Source: an uncultured Oscillospiraceae bacterium | Lineage (GTDB): Bacteria > Bacillota > Clostridia > Oscillospirales > Oscillospiraceae | Length of the DNA: 64,000 bases | Reading direction: 5' to 3' | Assembly: GCA_944386975.1 (NCBI GenBank) | Contig: CALXDC010000005.1 | Coordinates: 12,959 to 76,958 of the forward strand | In this document: positions 53,286 through 62,728 of the stretch, one piece after another | Numbering within the stretch: the first letter of the stretch is position 1 | Layout: each line of letters starts with the position of its first letter | The notes under the pieces: model-generated | What the model was told of the DNA's origin: nothing | What the model saw: the letters and a program-made list of their open reading frames with translations, nothing else | Databases searched by the model: none | Made by a program: the position numbers and the translations under genes

Positions 53286-53451
53286 GGCTCGTCTCCGTCC
53301 TTTCCAAAATTCTGCGCACGAAAAGCTTCTGTGGATACTCTACCACAGATTGACCGGAGGGGAAATACGAAACATTCGTCGTCAGGGATTTTTTCGGCTA
53401 TAGAGGGGCAAAAGCGGCCTGCAAAGCCAAGGCTTTGCGGACCGCTTTTTC

Positions 53452-54732
53452 TCAGTGCTGATACTCAAATTCCAGATCGTACATGCTGACCAAATCGCCG
53501 TCGCGGATGCCTCGCTCCTCCAGCTGGGCGAAGACCCCGGCCTCCCGGAGCATCTTGTCAAACCACATCCGGCTCTCGTAGTCGCCGAAGTTGGTGTTGG
53601 AGATAAGCCGCTGGAGCCAGGGACCCTCCACCAGGTACACCCCGTCCTCCACGGTGATCTCCACCGGGGAGGAGGTGTCGATCTGGGGAGGCCGCTTCAC
53701 ATACTCCGGCTCGTACACCGTCACCGGCGGCAGCTCCTTCAGCCGGTTTGCGATGGCAAATACCAGCTCCTTCACCCCCTGGTGGGCGGCGGCGGAGATG
53801 GTGAAGAGAGGATAGCCCAGGGCTTCCACGTGCCGCCGGAGGTTCTCCAGAAGCGCCGGGTCTGTGAGGATGTCGGTCTTGTTGGCCACCACGATCTGGG
53901 GACGCTTGGCGAGATCGGGACTATACTGACTCAGCTCCTCGTTGATGGCGTCGAAGTCGGCCACCGGGTCCCGGCCCTCGCTGCCGGAGGCGTCCACCAC
54001 GTGGACCAGAAGGCGGCAGCGGTCGATGTGCCGGAGAAAGTCGTGGCCGAGGCCTGCCCCGTCGGCGGCCCCCTCGATGATGCCGGGGATGTCGGCCATG
54101 ACGAAGCTGACGCCCTCCTCCACATAGACTACGCCTAAATTGGGGAAGAGGGTGGTGAAGTGGTAGTTGGCGATCTTGGGCCGGGCCTTGCTGACCACGC
54201 TCAGGAGGGTGGATTTGCCCACGTTGGGGAAGCCCACCAGCCCCACGTCCGCCAGCAGCTTCAGCTCCAGCACCACGTCGTGGCTCTCGCCGGGCAGGCC
54301 GCTTTTGGCGAAGCGGGGGGCCTGGCGGGTGGGAGTGGCGAAGTGGGTGTTGCCCCAGCCTCCCTTGCCGCCCCGGCAGAGGATGTAGGGCTCGCTGTCG
54401 GACATGTCCTTGATGATCTCGTTGGTCTCAGCGTCCCGGACCAAAGTGCCCCGGGGGACCCGGATGACAAGGCTCTGGCCGTCCTTGCCGGTCTTCCGCT
54501 GGCCCTGTCCGTCCACGCCGCTCTCCGCCACGTACTTGCGCTTGTAGCGGAAGTCCATGAGGGTGGAGAGGTTGTCGTCCACCTGGAGGATGATGTGGCC
54601 GCCGTTGCCGCCGTCGCCGCCGTCGGGCCCGCCGGCGGCAATATATTTTTCACGGTGGAAGGATACGCAGCCGTTGCCGCCGTTGCCGGCCTTTACGGTG
54701 ATGCGGGCCTTGTCCACAAAAGATGTCGCCAT
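53452..54732 (-). CDS. obg: GTPase Obg/CgtA
   Basis: 426 aa. FVDKARITVKAGNGGNGCVSFHREKY, GKGGWGN, G1 motif GFPNVGKST, C-terminal OCT domain. Confidence 0.95.
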   Translation of the reverse strand: MATSFVDKARITVKAGNGGNGCVSFHREKYIAAGGPDGGDGGNGGHIILQVDDNLSTLMDFRYKRKYVAESGVDGQGQRKTGKDGQSLVIRVPRGTLVRDAETNEIIKDMSDSEPYILCRGGKGGWGNTHFATPTRQAPRFAKSGLPGESHDVVLELKLLADVGLVGFPNVGKSTLLSVVSKARPKIANYHFTTLFPNLGVVYVEEGVSFVMADIPGIIEGAADGAGLGHDFLRHIDRCRLLVHVVDASGSEGRDPVADFDAINEELSQYSPDLAKRPQIVVANKTDILTDPALLENLRRHVEALGYPLFTISAAAHQGVKELVFAIANRLKELPPVTVYEPEYVKRPPQIDTSSPVEITVEDGVYLVEGPWLQRLISNTNFGDYESRMWFDKMLREAGVFAQLEERGIRDGDLVSMYDLEFEYQH

Positions 54733-54882
54733 TGTGCAGCACCTCCTTGATGCGTTAGTTTGATCCGTTTAAGCTGATATATTGTATCGGAAACAGAAGA
54801 AAAAATCAAGAGGAAGCGGCGTTGGAGGCCTGGAGGCGCCGCAGAAAGCGCGATCCCCGGCAGATGCCGGGGATCGTCGTTG

Positions 54883-57018
54883 TTACCACTGCTTCCAGGA
54901 GAGGTTCATGTCCACGCCTCCGGAGATACCGGCCACCGTACCGCTGCTGCTGTACTGCCAGATCTGGTAGTTGTAGTACATGGCGGGAATCATGGCGTCC
55001 TTCTTGGGGTACTGGGCATACCAGAAGTCGTAATCTGTCAGGCGGTCCAGCTGGAATTTCGTGTAACCCACGCTCTGGTTGAAATACACCATGGGGGTGT
55101 AGCCGTCCGCCAGCACCCGCTCACAGAAGGCGATGGCGCAGTCGGTGAGGGTGCTGCTGTCCAGATTGTTGGTGCGGGCGCTGCTGGAGCTTACCGTCTC
55201 CCAGTCAAACACCACCGGGTAGGTGATGTTGTAGTCCCGGATGGCGTCCAGCACCAGCTCCGCCTCCGCAATGGCCTCCTCCACGGTGATGGCCTGGGAG
55301 AAGAAATAGACGCCGACATCCAGTCCCGCGTCGATGGCCCCCTGGAGGTTCTGCTCGTAATAGCGGTCGTAGTTGAGGCTGCCGGTGGCATAGCCCCGGA
55401 AGCCCACCCGGACAAAGGCATATTCGATGCCGTCGGCGGCCACCGCCTCCCAGTCGATGTCTCCCTGGTAGCTGGACACGTCGATGCCGAGGTAGGTGTC
55501 CACGGCGGGGTCGTCGTAGTGGAGGACGCTGCCCTCCAGGCGGAAAAGACTCTTGTCATACTCGCACACCGGTACGCCGGCTAAAATGGGAATTTTCTTG
55601 TTGCCGTAGGTGATGTAGCCCGTCTCCTCCGGATCCGGCTCCGCGGGACGGTCGCTGCCGCCGCCATCCCCGCTGTTGTCCGGCTGTTCCGGCTCCACCG
55701 GTGTCTCCACCGGCGGCTCGTACTGGTGCATCCGCCACACCAGAGCGCTGATCTCCGAGCGGACGATGCCCTGGTCCGGCCGGTAGACCAGTTGGTCCTG
55801 GGTGTTGTAGCTGCCGGTGACCAGTCCTGCGTCGTATAGCCGCAGCACATACTGGTCGCTGGTGTCGGCAAAGGGGCTCGTCGTGGTGCTCTCCGGCAGC
55901 TCCATCACCAGGGCCATCAGCTGGGCCACCACGCCGCGGGTGATTACCGCGTCCAGATCGGCTGCCTGCTCCGCCGTCAGATACCCCTTCTGCACTGCCA
56001 GATCCCGGTAGCCGCTGGCCCAGTGGGTGTCGGTCATGGCCTGCTCCGTCTCGCCGGCGGCCAGCAGCACCATCTTCAGGGCCTCGCCCACGGTGATCTC
56101 CCGGGTGGGCTTGAAGGTGCCGTCGGGATAGCCCTCCACTGCGCCGGTGAGAGACAGATTTTTCACATAGGCGTAAAACCAGTCGCTTTCCTTTACGTCG
56201 CTATAGGGGTTGGTCCAGCTGACAGAGGTGGTGCCGTCCCCGCCGGCGGGGGCGGTTCCCCAATGGGCGGTCACGTCGGTATTGCTCACCGCCACGTCGT
56301 CCGCCGTCAGCAGAGTGCCCCCGGCGGTGTACCACCCCTGGAAGATCTGGCTGCCGCCGGTGGGGACCGGCAGGGAACCGTAGGCGTGGTTGATGGGGTA
56401 GAACAGGGTGCTGTGGGGCACCTCCGCCCCGTCGCCGGGGATAAAATGGAGGTACACATAGGACTGTGCCCCGTTGTTTTCATACTCCCCATAGAGAAAG
56501 AGGTAGGCCTCCGTCAGCCGCCGCTGGGCCAGAGCGGGCTGGGGCTCCGTGCCCACATGACACCAGGTGGCGATGGCGTTGACCATCTCGTCGGTGGTGT
56601 GGGTGTCCCAGCCGTCAATAAGATAGGCTCCCAGGCGGTAGGAGGGATTCAGCCAGCCGGTGCCCAGGTTGTAGGTAAGGCTCATGAGGGCGTCGAACTG
56701 GGTTTGGCTGAGGGTAATTTGGTATTGGGTCAAAAAGGCGTTGACCTCGACCTCCTTCTCTGCCAGCTCCTCCTGAAGCAGGCGCAGGGCCTCCTCCTCG
56801 GTGACGCCGTTGGGATAGTCGTTCTGGCCGCAGGCGGTGCCGTAGCCGATATACCACTTGCCGCCGTCGCTGTAGGCGTACTGGCGGTAGCCCTCGAATC
56901 CGGCGATGAAGGCCACCCCCTGGTCGCTGGTGGTCATCTCCGACGCCGCAAGGATTCCGGCGGGCAGCAGCTGGAGCGCCAGAAGGGCGCACAGGAACAG
57001 GGAACACAGTTTCTTCAT
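54883..57018 (-). CDS. secreted cell-wall hydrolase with a GH24 lysozyme domain, SLH repeats and a GH25 muramidase domain
   Basis: ATG at 57018 (signal peptide MKKLCSLFLCALLALQLL). GH24: FIAGFEGYRQYAYSDGGKWYIGYGT. SLH-like: DVKESDWFYAYV, FADTSDQYVLRL. GH25: GIDVSSYQGDIDWEAVAADGIEYAFVRVG...DWE. Confidence 0.8.
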   Translation of the reverse strand: MKKLCSLFLCALLALQLLPAGILAASEMTTSDQGVAFIAGFEGYRQYAYSDGGKWYIGYGTACGQNDYPNGVTEEEALRLLQEELAEKEVEVNAFLTQYQITLSQTQFDALMSLTYNLGTGWLNPSYRLGAYLIDGWDTHTTDEMVNAIATWCHVGTEPQPALAQRRLTEAYLFLYGEYENNGAQSYVYLHFIPGDGAEVPHSTLFYPINHAYGSLPVPTGGSQIFQGWYTAGGTLLTADDVAVSNTDVTAHWGTAPAGGDGTTSVSWTNPYSDVKESDWFYAYVKNLSLTGAVEGYPDGTFKPTREITVGEALKMVLLAAGETEQAMTDTHWASGYRDLAVQKGYLTAEQAADLDAVITRGVVAQLMALVMELPESTTTSPFADTSDQYVLRLYDAGLVTGSYNTQDQLVYRPDQGIVRSEISALVWRMHQYEPPVETPVEPEQPDNSGDGGGSDRPAEPDPEETGYITYGNKKIPILAGVPVCEYDKSLFRLEGSVLHYDDPAVDTYLGIDVSSYQGDIDWEAVAADGIEYAFVRVGFRGYATGSLNYDRYYEQNLQGAIDAGLDVGVYFFSQAITVEEAIAEAELVLDAIRDYNITYPVVFDWETVSSSSARTNNLDSSTLTDCAIAFCERVLADGYTPMVYFNQSVGYTKFQLDRLTDYDFWYAQYPKKDAMIPAMYYNYQIWQYSSSGTVAGISGGVDMNLSWKQW

Positions 57019-57222
57019 GGGTACACTCTCTTTCCGCAGACTCGGCATCGCAGAGAGGGTGGAAAAGGAAATCTTTCCCTTTTTCCGACCGTTTTCTACA
57101 AAAACCAAGGGCATTATACCACATCCCACCGATGGATGGAAGAGGGTGTTATGTAACGTAACACAATTGTAAAAAAGAGGAAGGAAGTGGGGAGAGGAGG
57201 GCGGGGAAGGGGAAGTTTCCCT

Positions 57223-57274
57223 TTACGTGTGGCGAAGGAGTGTGGTATAATAGCCGCAAAGCGGCTATTATACC
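57223..57274 (+). promoter_or_regulatory. promoter (extended -10) overlapped by a perfect 14-bp-arm palindrome, upstream of mtnN-luxS
   Basis: TTACGT, 17 nt, TGgTATAAT. The palindrome ggtataatagccgc-aaa-gcggctattatacc (57244-57274) includes the -10 box. Confidence 0.45.
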
Positions 57275-57430
57275 GAGATTTTAAGTCCTTTTTCTCGCCC
57301 CTGCCGGGGCAACCAAAAAAGTTGGCCCATGATTCCATAACGACTGTGCCGTCATGGGATCATATCATCCACAGACGCCGCCCCCGGGGCGGCAGATCGT
57401 CCGAACAAAAGAAAGAGAGGGAATTTTCCC

Positions 57431-58120
57431 ATGACCATTGGATTGGCCTACGCCATGGACGCAGAGCTGGAGAGCCTGTTGGCCCAGGCCGGTAAGAAGC
57501 CCTTGGAGACAGTGAGCGGCGTCTCCTTCTACGAGATCGAGCCGGGGATCGTCGCCTGCGCCGGCGGCATCGGCAAGGTGAACGCCGCCATGGCCGCCCA
57601 GCTGTTTCTGGACCGCTACCATCCCGATTGGGTGCTCAACGCCGGAGTGGCGGGCAGCTTTCGAAACCTGCCCATCGGCACGATTGTGGCGGTCGACGCC
57701 TTCCTCCAGCACGACGTGGACACCTCCGCCATCGGCGACCCGGTGGGCCTGGTGTCCACGGTGAACACCATCCGATTCCCCACCGTCCTCCAGCCCGTCT
57801 GCCGGTGTCTGGACGCCCTGGGGGTGGCCTACCACACCGGCACTGTGGCCACCGGCGACGCCTTTATGGTGAAGGGGGAGCGGGCGGACTGGATCGCTCG
57901 GACCTTCGACCCGGTGTTGTGCGAAATGGAGGGCGGCGCCATTGCCCAGGTGTGCCTGAGAAACGGCGTGCCCTTCTCCGCCCTCAAGTCGGTGTCCGAC
58001 CGTCTGTGCAGTGAGAACAGCCCCCAGGAATACTTCAATTTCGGCGAGGCCATGGCCCATCTCAACACCGTGGTACTGCCGGTGGCCCGGATGCTCCGGG
58101 ACGGAAAGGAGAGACTGTGA
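57431..58120 (+). CDS. mtnN: 5'-methylthioadenosine/S-adenosylhomocysteine nucleosidase
   Basis: 229 aa. GIGKVNAAMAAQ, GVAGS and EMEGGAIAQV motifs. ATGA-type overlap with luxS. Confidence 0.9.
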   Translation: MTIGLAYAMDAELESLLAQAGKKPLETVSGVSFYEIEPGIVACAGGIGKVNAAMAAQLFLDRYHPDWVLNAGVAGSFRNLPIGTIVAVDAFLQHDVDTSAIGDPVGLVSTVNTIRFPTVLQPVCRCLDALGVAYHTGTVATGDAFMVKGERADWIARTFDPVLCEMEGGAIAQVCLRNGVPFSALKSVSDRLCSENSPQEYFNFGEAMAHLNTVVLPVARMLRDGKERL

Positions 58121-58581
58121 CTATGGAACGGATCGCCAGCTTTCAGGTGGACCACACCAAGCTCAAGCCGGGGATGTACCTGTCCCGCCGGGACGGAGAC
58201 GTGAGCACCTTCGATCTCCGCTTCAAGGTACCCAACACCAGAGACCTGCTCACCAACGCGGAGATGCACTCGGTGGAGCATATCATCGCCACCCTCCTGC
58301 GCAACTCCCCCCAGAAGGATGCGGTGATCTACTTCGGCCCCATGGGCTGCCAGACCGGATTCTATGTCCTGCTGGACAGCCGGCAGCTCACCGACCAGCA
58401 GGCCGTGGAGCTGGTGCAGACCGTCTTCGCCCAGGGGGCGGCCTACGACGGGGAGATGCCCGGCAAGAGCGCCGCGGAATGCGGAAATTATGGTAACCTG
58501 GAGGTCTCCCTGGCCAACGCCCAGTGTGCCTACTTCAGCGGCGTCATCGCCGGCTGGACGGCGGACAAGCTGGCCTATTGA
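58117..58581 (+). CDS. luxS: S-ribosylhomocysteine lyase
   Basis: 154 aa. SFQVDHTKLKPG, HSVEHIIA (HxxEH metal site), GPMGCQTGFY. Confidence 0.93.
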   Translation: MTMERIASFQVDHTKLKPGMYLSRRDGDVSTFDLRFKVPNTRDLLTNAEMHSVEHIIATLLRNSPQKDAVIYFGPMGCQTGFYVLLDSRQLTDQQAVELVQTVFAQGAAYDGEMPGKSAAECGNYGNLEVSLANAQCAYFSGVIAGWTADKLAY

Positions 58582-58692
58582 GAATCCCCGCTCCGTCCTT
58601 CCCCCTATAAATCTCCTCCTTCCACAAGGAACGGGGGAGATTTTTTCTGTTTTCTTCCGGGCTTCTGCAACCATCGGCCCCTTTTTCGCATC

Positions 58693-59274
58693 TTGGTAAG
58701 TGAGGGGACCCCTTTGGAGGTGAAACATATTTTGACAAACGAGCAATTGATGGACCTGCTGGAACAGCGCTCCCAGCAGGCCCTCCATGAGCTGGACTGC
58801 GCCTACGGCCCCTACTGCCGGGCCATCGCCGGGAACATTTTAGGCTGCCCGGAGGACGCGGAGGAGTGCGTCAGCGACGCGTATCTTGCGGTGTGGAACG
58901 CCATCCCTCCCGCCCGGCCCGTCTCCTTCAAGGCGTGGCTGGGAGCCGTGGTCCGCAACAAGGCCCTGGGCCGCCGGCCGCAGAACGTCCGGACGGAGGC
59001 TTTGAAGGCGGAGCTGACGGAGGGCCTGCCCGACGGCGCCAGCGTGGCCGCCGACTGCGAGGCCAGGGCGGTGGGAGAGGCCGTCTCCGCCTTCCTCCGG
59101 CAGCAGAGCGCCCCGGCGCGGACCGCCTTTGTTCGCCGGTACTGGTACTGCGACAGCGTGGAGGCGGTGGCGCTGCGGATGGGCTGGAGCGTCAGCAAGA
59201 CGAAAAGCGTGTTGTTTCGCACGCGGAACAAGCTGAAGATCTACCTCAAAAAGGAGGAGTTGTGGCATGAATAG
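58693..59274 (+). CDS. ECF-type sigma-70 family sigma factor
   Basis: Region 2 (DAEECVSDAYLAVW) and region 4 (VEAVALRMGWSVSKTKSVLFRTRNKL). The true start is uncertain; it may be an internal TTG or ATG. Confidence 0.75.
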   Translation: MVSEGTPLEVKHILTNEQLMDLLEQRSQQALHELDCAYGPYCRAIAGNILGCPEDAEECVSDAYLAVWNAIPPARPVSFKAWLGAVVRNKALGRRPQNVRTEALKAELTEGLPDGASVAADCEARAVGEAVSAFLRQQSAPARTAFVRRYWYCDSVEAVALRMGWSVSKTKSVLFRTRNKLKIYLKKEELWHE

Positions 59275-60058
59275 GGATACAGTATGGGAGGCCATGGCCC
59301 ATCTGGAGCCGGACCTCATCGAGGAGGCAGATCAGCAGCCCCGGCGGCGGCTGTCTGTGGGGAAGGTGCTGGTTATCGCGGCGGCGGCCTGTCTGGTGCT
59401 GGCGGCGGGGGTCTGGGCGGTGGAGTCCCGCTTCGGCTTCCGGATCCTGGGGGTGCACAGCGACGGAGAGGACCAGTACTACGAGCTGCTGGCGGAGGGG
59501 ATGACCCAGTTCCCCATCTCCCAGTTTGGGGAGACAGTGCAGGACTACATCCAAAACGGCATGCCCGTTCTGGAGGAGGACCCGGTGGCGTCCGACGGCG
59601 CCGGTGAGGGGGAGGTGTCCGGGGTCACCTTTGACGCCCCCACCTTCGCCACTTGGGAGGAGGCGGCGGAATTTGTGGGTCCCGATATCCCGCTGGCGGA
59701 GGAAAATCCGGTCCTTGCCGGCGGCTTTCACCGGGATTTTTCCGTCTATGCGAACAGCAACAGCGTAGACATCCTGACGGTATACTACGTGGGGACCACT
59801 ACGATCCACTTCTACGCCAGCGCCACCGTCGAGGGCGGCGAGACGTATCGAACCGGTGCGCATTTCCTGGGGGCAGATGACCTGACCATCACGCGCCGGG
59901 AAACCGTCACCGGCAGCGGCACGGATGTGCTCCTCTACATCACCACCGGGGAGCGCTCCGCCTGCGACGCCCGCTTCATTCAGAACGGGATCCTCTACAG
60001 CTTCTTCATCACCGACGGCAATATGGACCTGATGGAGGAGATTCTGGCGGCCTTCTAA
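59267..60058 (+). CDS. single-pass membrane protein, putative anti-sigma factor
   Basis: Overlaps the sigma gene's stop codon. Short cytoplasmic N-terminus, a TM helix (VLVIAAAACLVLAAGVWAV), then an extracytoplasmic domain. Confidence 0.55.
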   Translation: MNRDTVWEAMAHLEPDLIEEADQQPRRRLSVGKVLVIAAAACLVLAAGVWAVESRFGFRILGVHSDGEDQYYELLAEGMTQFPISQFGETVQDYIQNGMPVLEEDPVASDGAGEGEVSGVTFDAPTFATWEEAAEFVGPDIPLAEENPVLAGGFHRDFSVYANSNSVDILTVYYVGTTTIHFYASATVEGGETYRTGAHFLGADDLTITRRETVTGSGTDVLLYITTGERSACDARFIQNGILYSFFITDGNMDLMEEILAAF

Positions 60059-60065
60059 CGCAATC

Positions 60066-60099
60066 TCCCGGCGGAGGATCCTCTCCGCCGGGATTTTTT
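60066..60099 (+). terminator. intrinsic terminator
   Basis: 11-bp stem tcccggcggag/ctccgccggga followed by T6. Confidence 0.85.
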
Positions 60100-60160
60100 G
60101 TAAAAAGGGTGTGCGGCGGCAATCCGATCCTGCACCTGTTTTTCGCGGAGAAGCCTGAAA

Positions 60161-60207
60161 ACAAAAAGGCAGACCGGGCAGCCCCTTTCAGGCTGTCCGG
60201 TCTGTCC
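60161..60207 (-). terminator. intrinsic terminator of the ffh-rpsP-KH operon
   Basis: Imperfect 16-bp stem followed by a T-run on the minus strand (acaaaaa on plus). Confidence 0.65.
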
Positions 60208-60242
60208 TTATACTGGCCTATTCTGCGACAGGCCCTTTTCGA

Positions 60243-60473
60243 TTAGTCTACAATATCCACCGTAACCTTCTGGCCGGTGCGCTGGGCGTAGGAGCGGATC
60301 AAGGTCCGGATCTCCTTGGCGATGCGGCCCTGGCGGCCGATCACCTTCCCCATGTCCTCAGGGGCAACCCGCAGCTCCAGCGTCAGTTCCCCGTCGCTCT
60401 CGATCTCCGTAACGGAGACGGCGTCAGGGTTCTCTACAAGGTTTTGGGCGATGTAGAGCAGCAAGTCCTTCAT
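60243..60473 (-). CDS. KH-domain RNA-binding protein (YlqC family)
   Basis: 76 aa. MKDLLLYIAQNLVENPDAV...VIGRQGRIAKEIRTL contains the GxxG KH motif. Confidence 0.88.
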   Translation of the reverse strand: MKDLLLYIAQNLVENPDAVSVTEIESDGELTLELRVAPEDMGKVIGRQGRIAKEIRTLIRSYAQRTGQKVTVDIVD

Positions 60474-60493
60474 GCCGGTCTCCTCCCAGCGGA

Positions 60494-60733
60494 TTAAAGA
60501 ACGTCGACCTTCTTCAGCAGAGCCCGCACGGTGTCGGTGGGCTGGGCGCCGCTCTTGATCCACTCCTTGGCGCGGTCGGCGTCGATCTTGATCTCGGCGG
60601 GAGACACGCAGGGATTGTAAGTGCCGATTTCCTCGATGAAGCGGCCGTCACGGGGGAAGCGGCTATCGGCCACCACAACGCGGTAGAAAGGAGCCTTCTT
60701 GGCGCCCATGCGGCGCAGTCTGATCTTAACCAT
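60494..60733 (-). CDS. rpsP: 30S ribosomal protein S16
   Basis: [41 protein letters not shown]. Confidence 0.96.
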   Translation of the reverse strand: MVKIRLRRMGAKKAPFYRVVVADSRFPRDGRFIEEIGTYNPCVSPAEIKIDADRAKEWIKSGAQPTDTVRALLKKVDVL

Positions 60734-60819
60734 GATTCAATTCCTCCAACATGTGAAATAATAAAATAATTTTTATGCAATTGACAATTGAAAAGGCCAA
60801 TTGACAATGATAAATAAAG

Positions 60820-62205
60820 TTACTTCAGGCGCTTTTTCCGGCCGAAGCCGTGCATCTTGCTCATGCCGCCCATTTTTCCGAAACCGCCCATACCGCCGAA
60901 GCTCGGCATCCGGCCCTTGGAGAGCTGTTTCGTCAGCTGCTGCATCATCTCAAACTGCTTGAGCAGGCGGTTGACGTCCACCACCTCCAGCCCGCAGCCC
61001 GCGGCCACCCGGCGCTTGCGGCTGGCATTGAGGAGGCCGGGGTTCTCCCGCTCCTTGGGAGTCATGGAGAGGATAATGGCCTCGGTGCGGCTGAGCATCT
61101 TCTCGTCGATCTGAGCGTTTTGCATCTGCTTGCCCAGCTGGCCGGGCATCATGCCGGCGATCTGGCTGAGATCGCCCATCTTCCGCAGCTGCTGCATCTG
61201 CTCCAGATAGTCGGTGAGGGTGAAGCGGTTCTTCCGCAGCTTTTCCTCCAGCTTGGCGGCCTGCTTCTCGTCGAAGCTCTGCTCCGCCTTCTCAATGAGG
61301 GAGAGCATGTCCCCCATGCCGAGAATCCGGGAGGCCATCCGGTCGGGGTGGAACAGGTCGATCATGTCCAGCTTCTCGCCGGTGCCGATGAACTTGATGG
61401 GCTTGCCGGTGACGGCTCGGATGCTGAGGGCCGCGCCGCCCCGGGCGTCGCCGTCCAGCTTGGTGAGGATCACGCCATCGATGCCCAAGGCCTCGTCAAA
61501 GGCGGAGGCGGCGTTCACCGCGTCCTGACCGGTCATGGCATCCACCACCAGGAGAATCTCGTTGGGGTGGACGGCGGCCTTGATGTTCTTCAGCTCGTTC
61601 ATGAGCTGCTCGTCCACGTGGAGACGGCCGGCGGTATCCAGCAAAATGGTGTCGAACCCGTTGTCCTTGGCGTAGCGCAGAGCGTGCTGGGCGATCTGCA
61701 CCGGGTTGACCTGCCCGAGAGCGAACACGGGGATCCCCAGCTGCTCGCCCACCACCTGCAATTGGGTGATGGCGGCGGGGCGGTATACGTCGCAGGCCAC
61801 CAGCAGGGGACGCTTGCCCATCCGGGACTTCAGGTACCCGGCCAGCTTGGCGCCGTTGGTGGTCTTACCGGCGCCCTGGAGGCCCACCATCATGAGAATG
61901 GTGGGGCCGCTGGAGGCGAAGGCAATTTTGGCGTTGGTGCCGCCCATGAGGGCGGTCAGCTCCTCGTTGACGATCTTGACGATCTGCTGGGCGGGGGTCA
62001 GGCTCTCCAGCACGTCGGAGCCCACCACCCGCTCGGTGACGGAGGCCACGAAGTCCTTGACCACCTTGAAGTTCACGTCGGCCTCCAGAAGAGCCAGGCG
62101 GACCTCCCGCATGGTCTCCCGCACGTCGGCCTCAGTGAGACGGCCCTTGCCCCGCAGGCGCTTGAATACTGCGTTTAATTTTTCGGAAAGGCCCTCAAAA
62201 GCCAT
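60820..62205 (-). CDS. ffh: signal recognition particle protein Ffh
   Basis: 461 aa. MAFEGLSEKLNAVFKRLRGKG, GLQGAGKTT, DTAGR, and a Met-rich M domain. Confidence 0.96.
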   Translation of the reverse strand: MAFEGLSEKLNAVFKRLRGKGRLTEADVRETMREVRLALLEADVNFKVVKDFVASVTERVVGSDVLESLTPAQQIVKIVNEELTALMGGTNAKIAFASSGPTILMMVGLQGAGKTTNGAKLAGYLKSRMGKRPLLVACDVYRPAAITQLQVVGEQLGIPVFALGQVNPVQIAQHALRYAKDNGFDTILLDTAGRLHVDEQLMNELKNIKAAVHPNEILLVVDAMTGQDAVNAASAFDEALGIDGVILTKLDGDARGGAALSIRAVTGKPIKFIGTGEKLDMIDLFHPDRMASRILGMGDMLSLIEKAEQSFDEKQAAKLEEKLRKNRFTLTDYLEQMQQLRKMGDLSQIAGMMPGQLGKQMQNAQIDEKMLSRTEAIILSMTPKERENPGLLNASRKRRVAAGCGLEVVDVNRLLKQFEMMQQLTKQLSKGRMPSFGGMGGFGKMGGMSKMHGFGRKKRLK

Positions 62206-62220
62206 GGATGTCTCTCCTTT

Positions 62221-62586
62221 TTATTCCTTCAGCGCCGCCACCGCATTGGTAATCTGCTCCAGGCAGCTGTCGATGGTAGGATTTTCGTATTGGCGGTAGT
62301 TGATGGTCTTGATCTGCTGGGCCGCCGCCAGGATCCTGTCCAGATCTCCCTGCATGGCGAGAAAGCGGCGGATCAGACCGGTCTTGTCCTCGATCTCCTG
62401 CATGATCCCCTCCGCCCGGACGATCACGTCCCGGACGCCCTGGCGGGAGATGCCGTTGTTCTCGGCGATCTCGGACAGGCTCAGGTCCTCATTATAATAG
62501 AGGTCGAAGAATTCCTTCTGCCGCTCGGTCAGAAGTTCCCCGTAAAAGTCATAGAGCATGGTCATGCGGTACGTCTGGTTCTTCAC
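62221..62586 (-). CDS. ylxM: YlxM/p13-like putative DNA-binding protein (UPF0122)
   Basis: 121 aa. YDFYGELLTERQKEFFDLYYNEDLSLSEIAENNGISRQGVRD. Sits directly upstream of ffh. Confidence 0.9.
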   Translation of the reverse strand: MKNQTYRMTMLYDFYGELLTERQKEFFDLYYNEDLSLSEIAENNGISRQGVRDVIVRAEGIMQEIEDKTGLIRRFLAMQGDLDRILAAAQQIKTINYRQYENPTIDSCLEQITNAVAALKE

Positions 62587-62728
62587 GGGTATTCCTCCTT
62601 TGTGTAAAGTGTAGCCGCTTTACAACTTCAACTATGATACACGATCGCTCGCGAAAAGTCAAGGGGAATTTTCGGAGAAAGACGGAAAAATCCCCCCAAA
62701 GCGGTCTGCTTTGGGAGGAAATATCCTC

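Noticed and set aside
57275-57430. SAM-I (S-box) or SAH riboswitch upstream of mtnN-luxS
   Set aside because: Only short partial matches (GGCAACC, AUUCCA). The conserved GAGGGA...GGCCC core and a terminator/antiterminator pair are absent.
60850-62178. 442-aa plus-strand ORF opposite ffh
   Set aside because: Shadow of a universally conserved gene.
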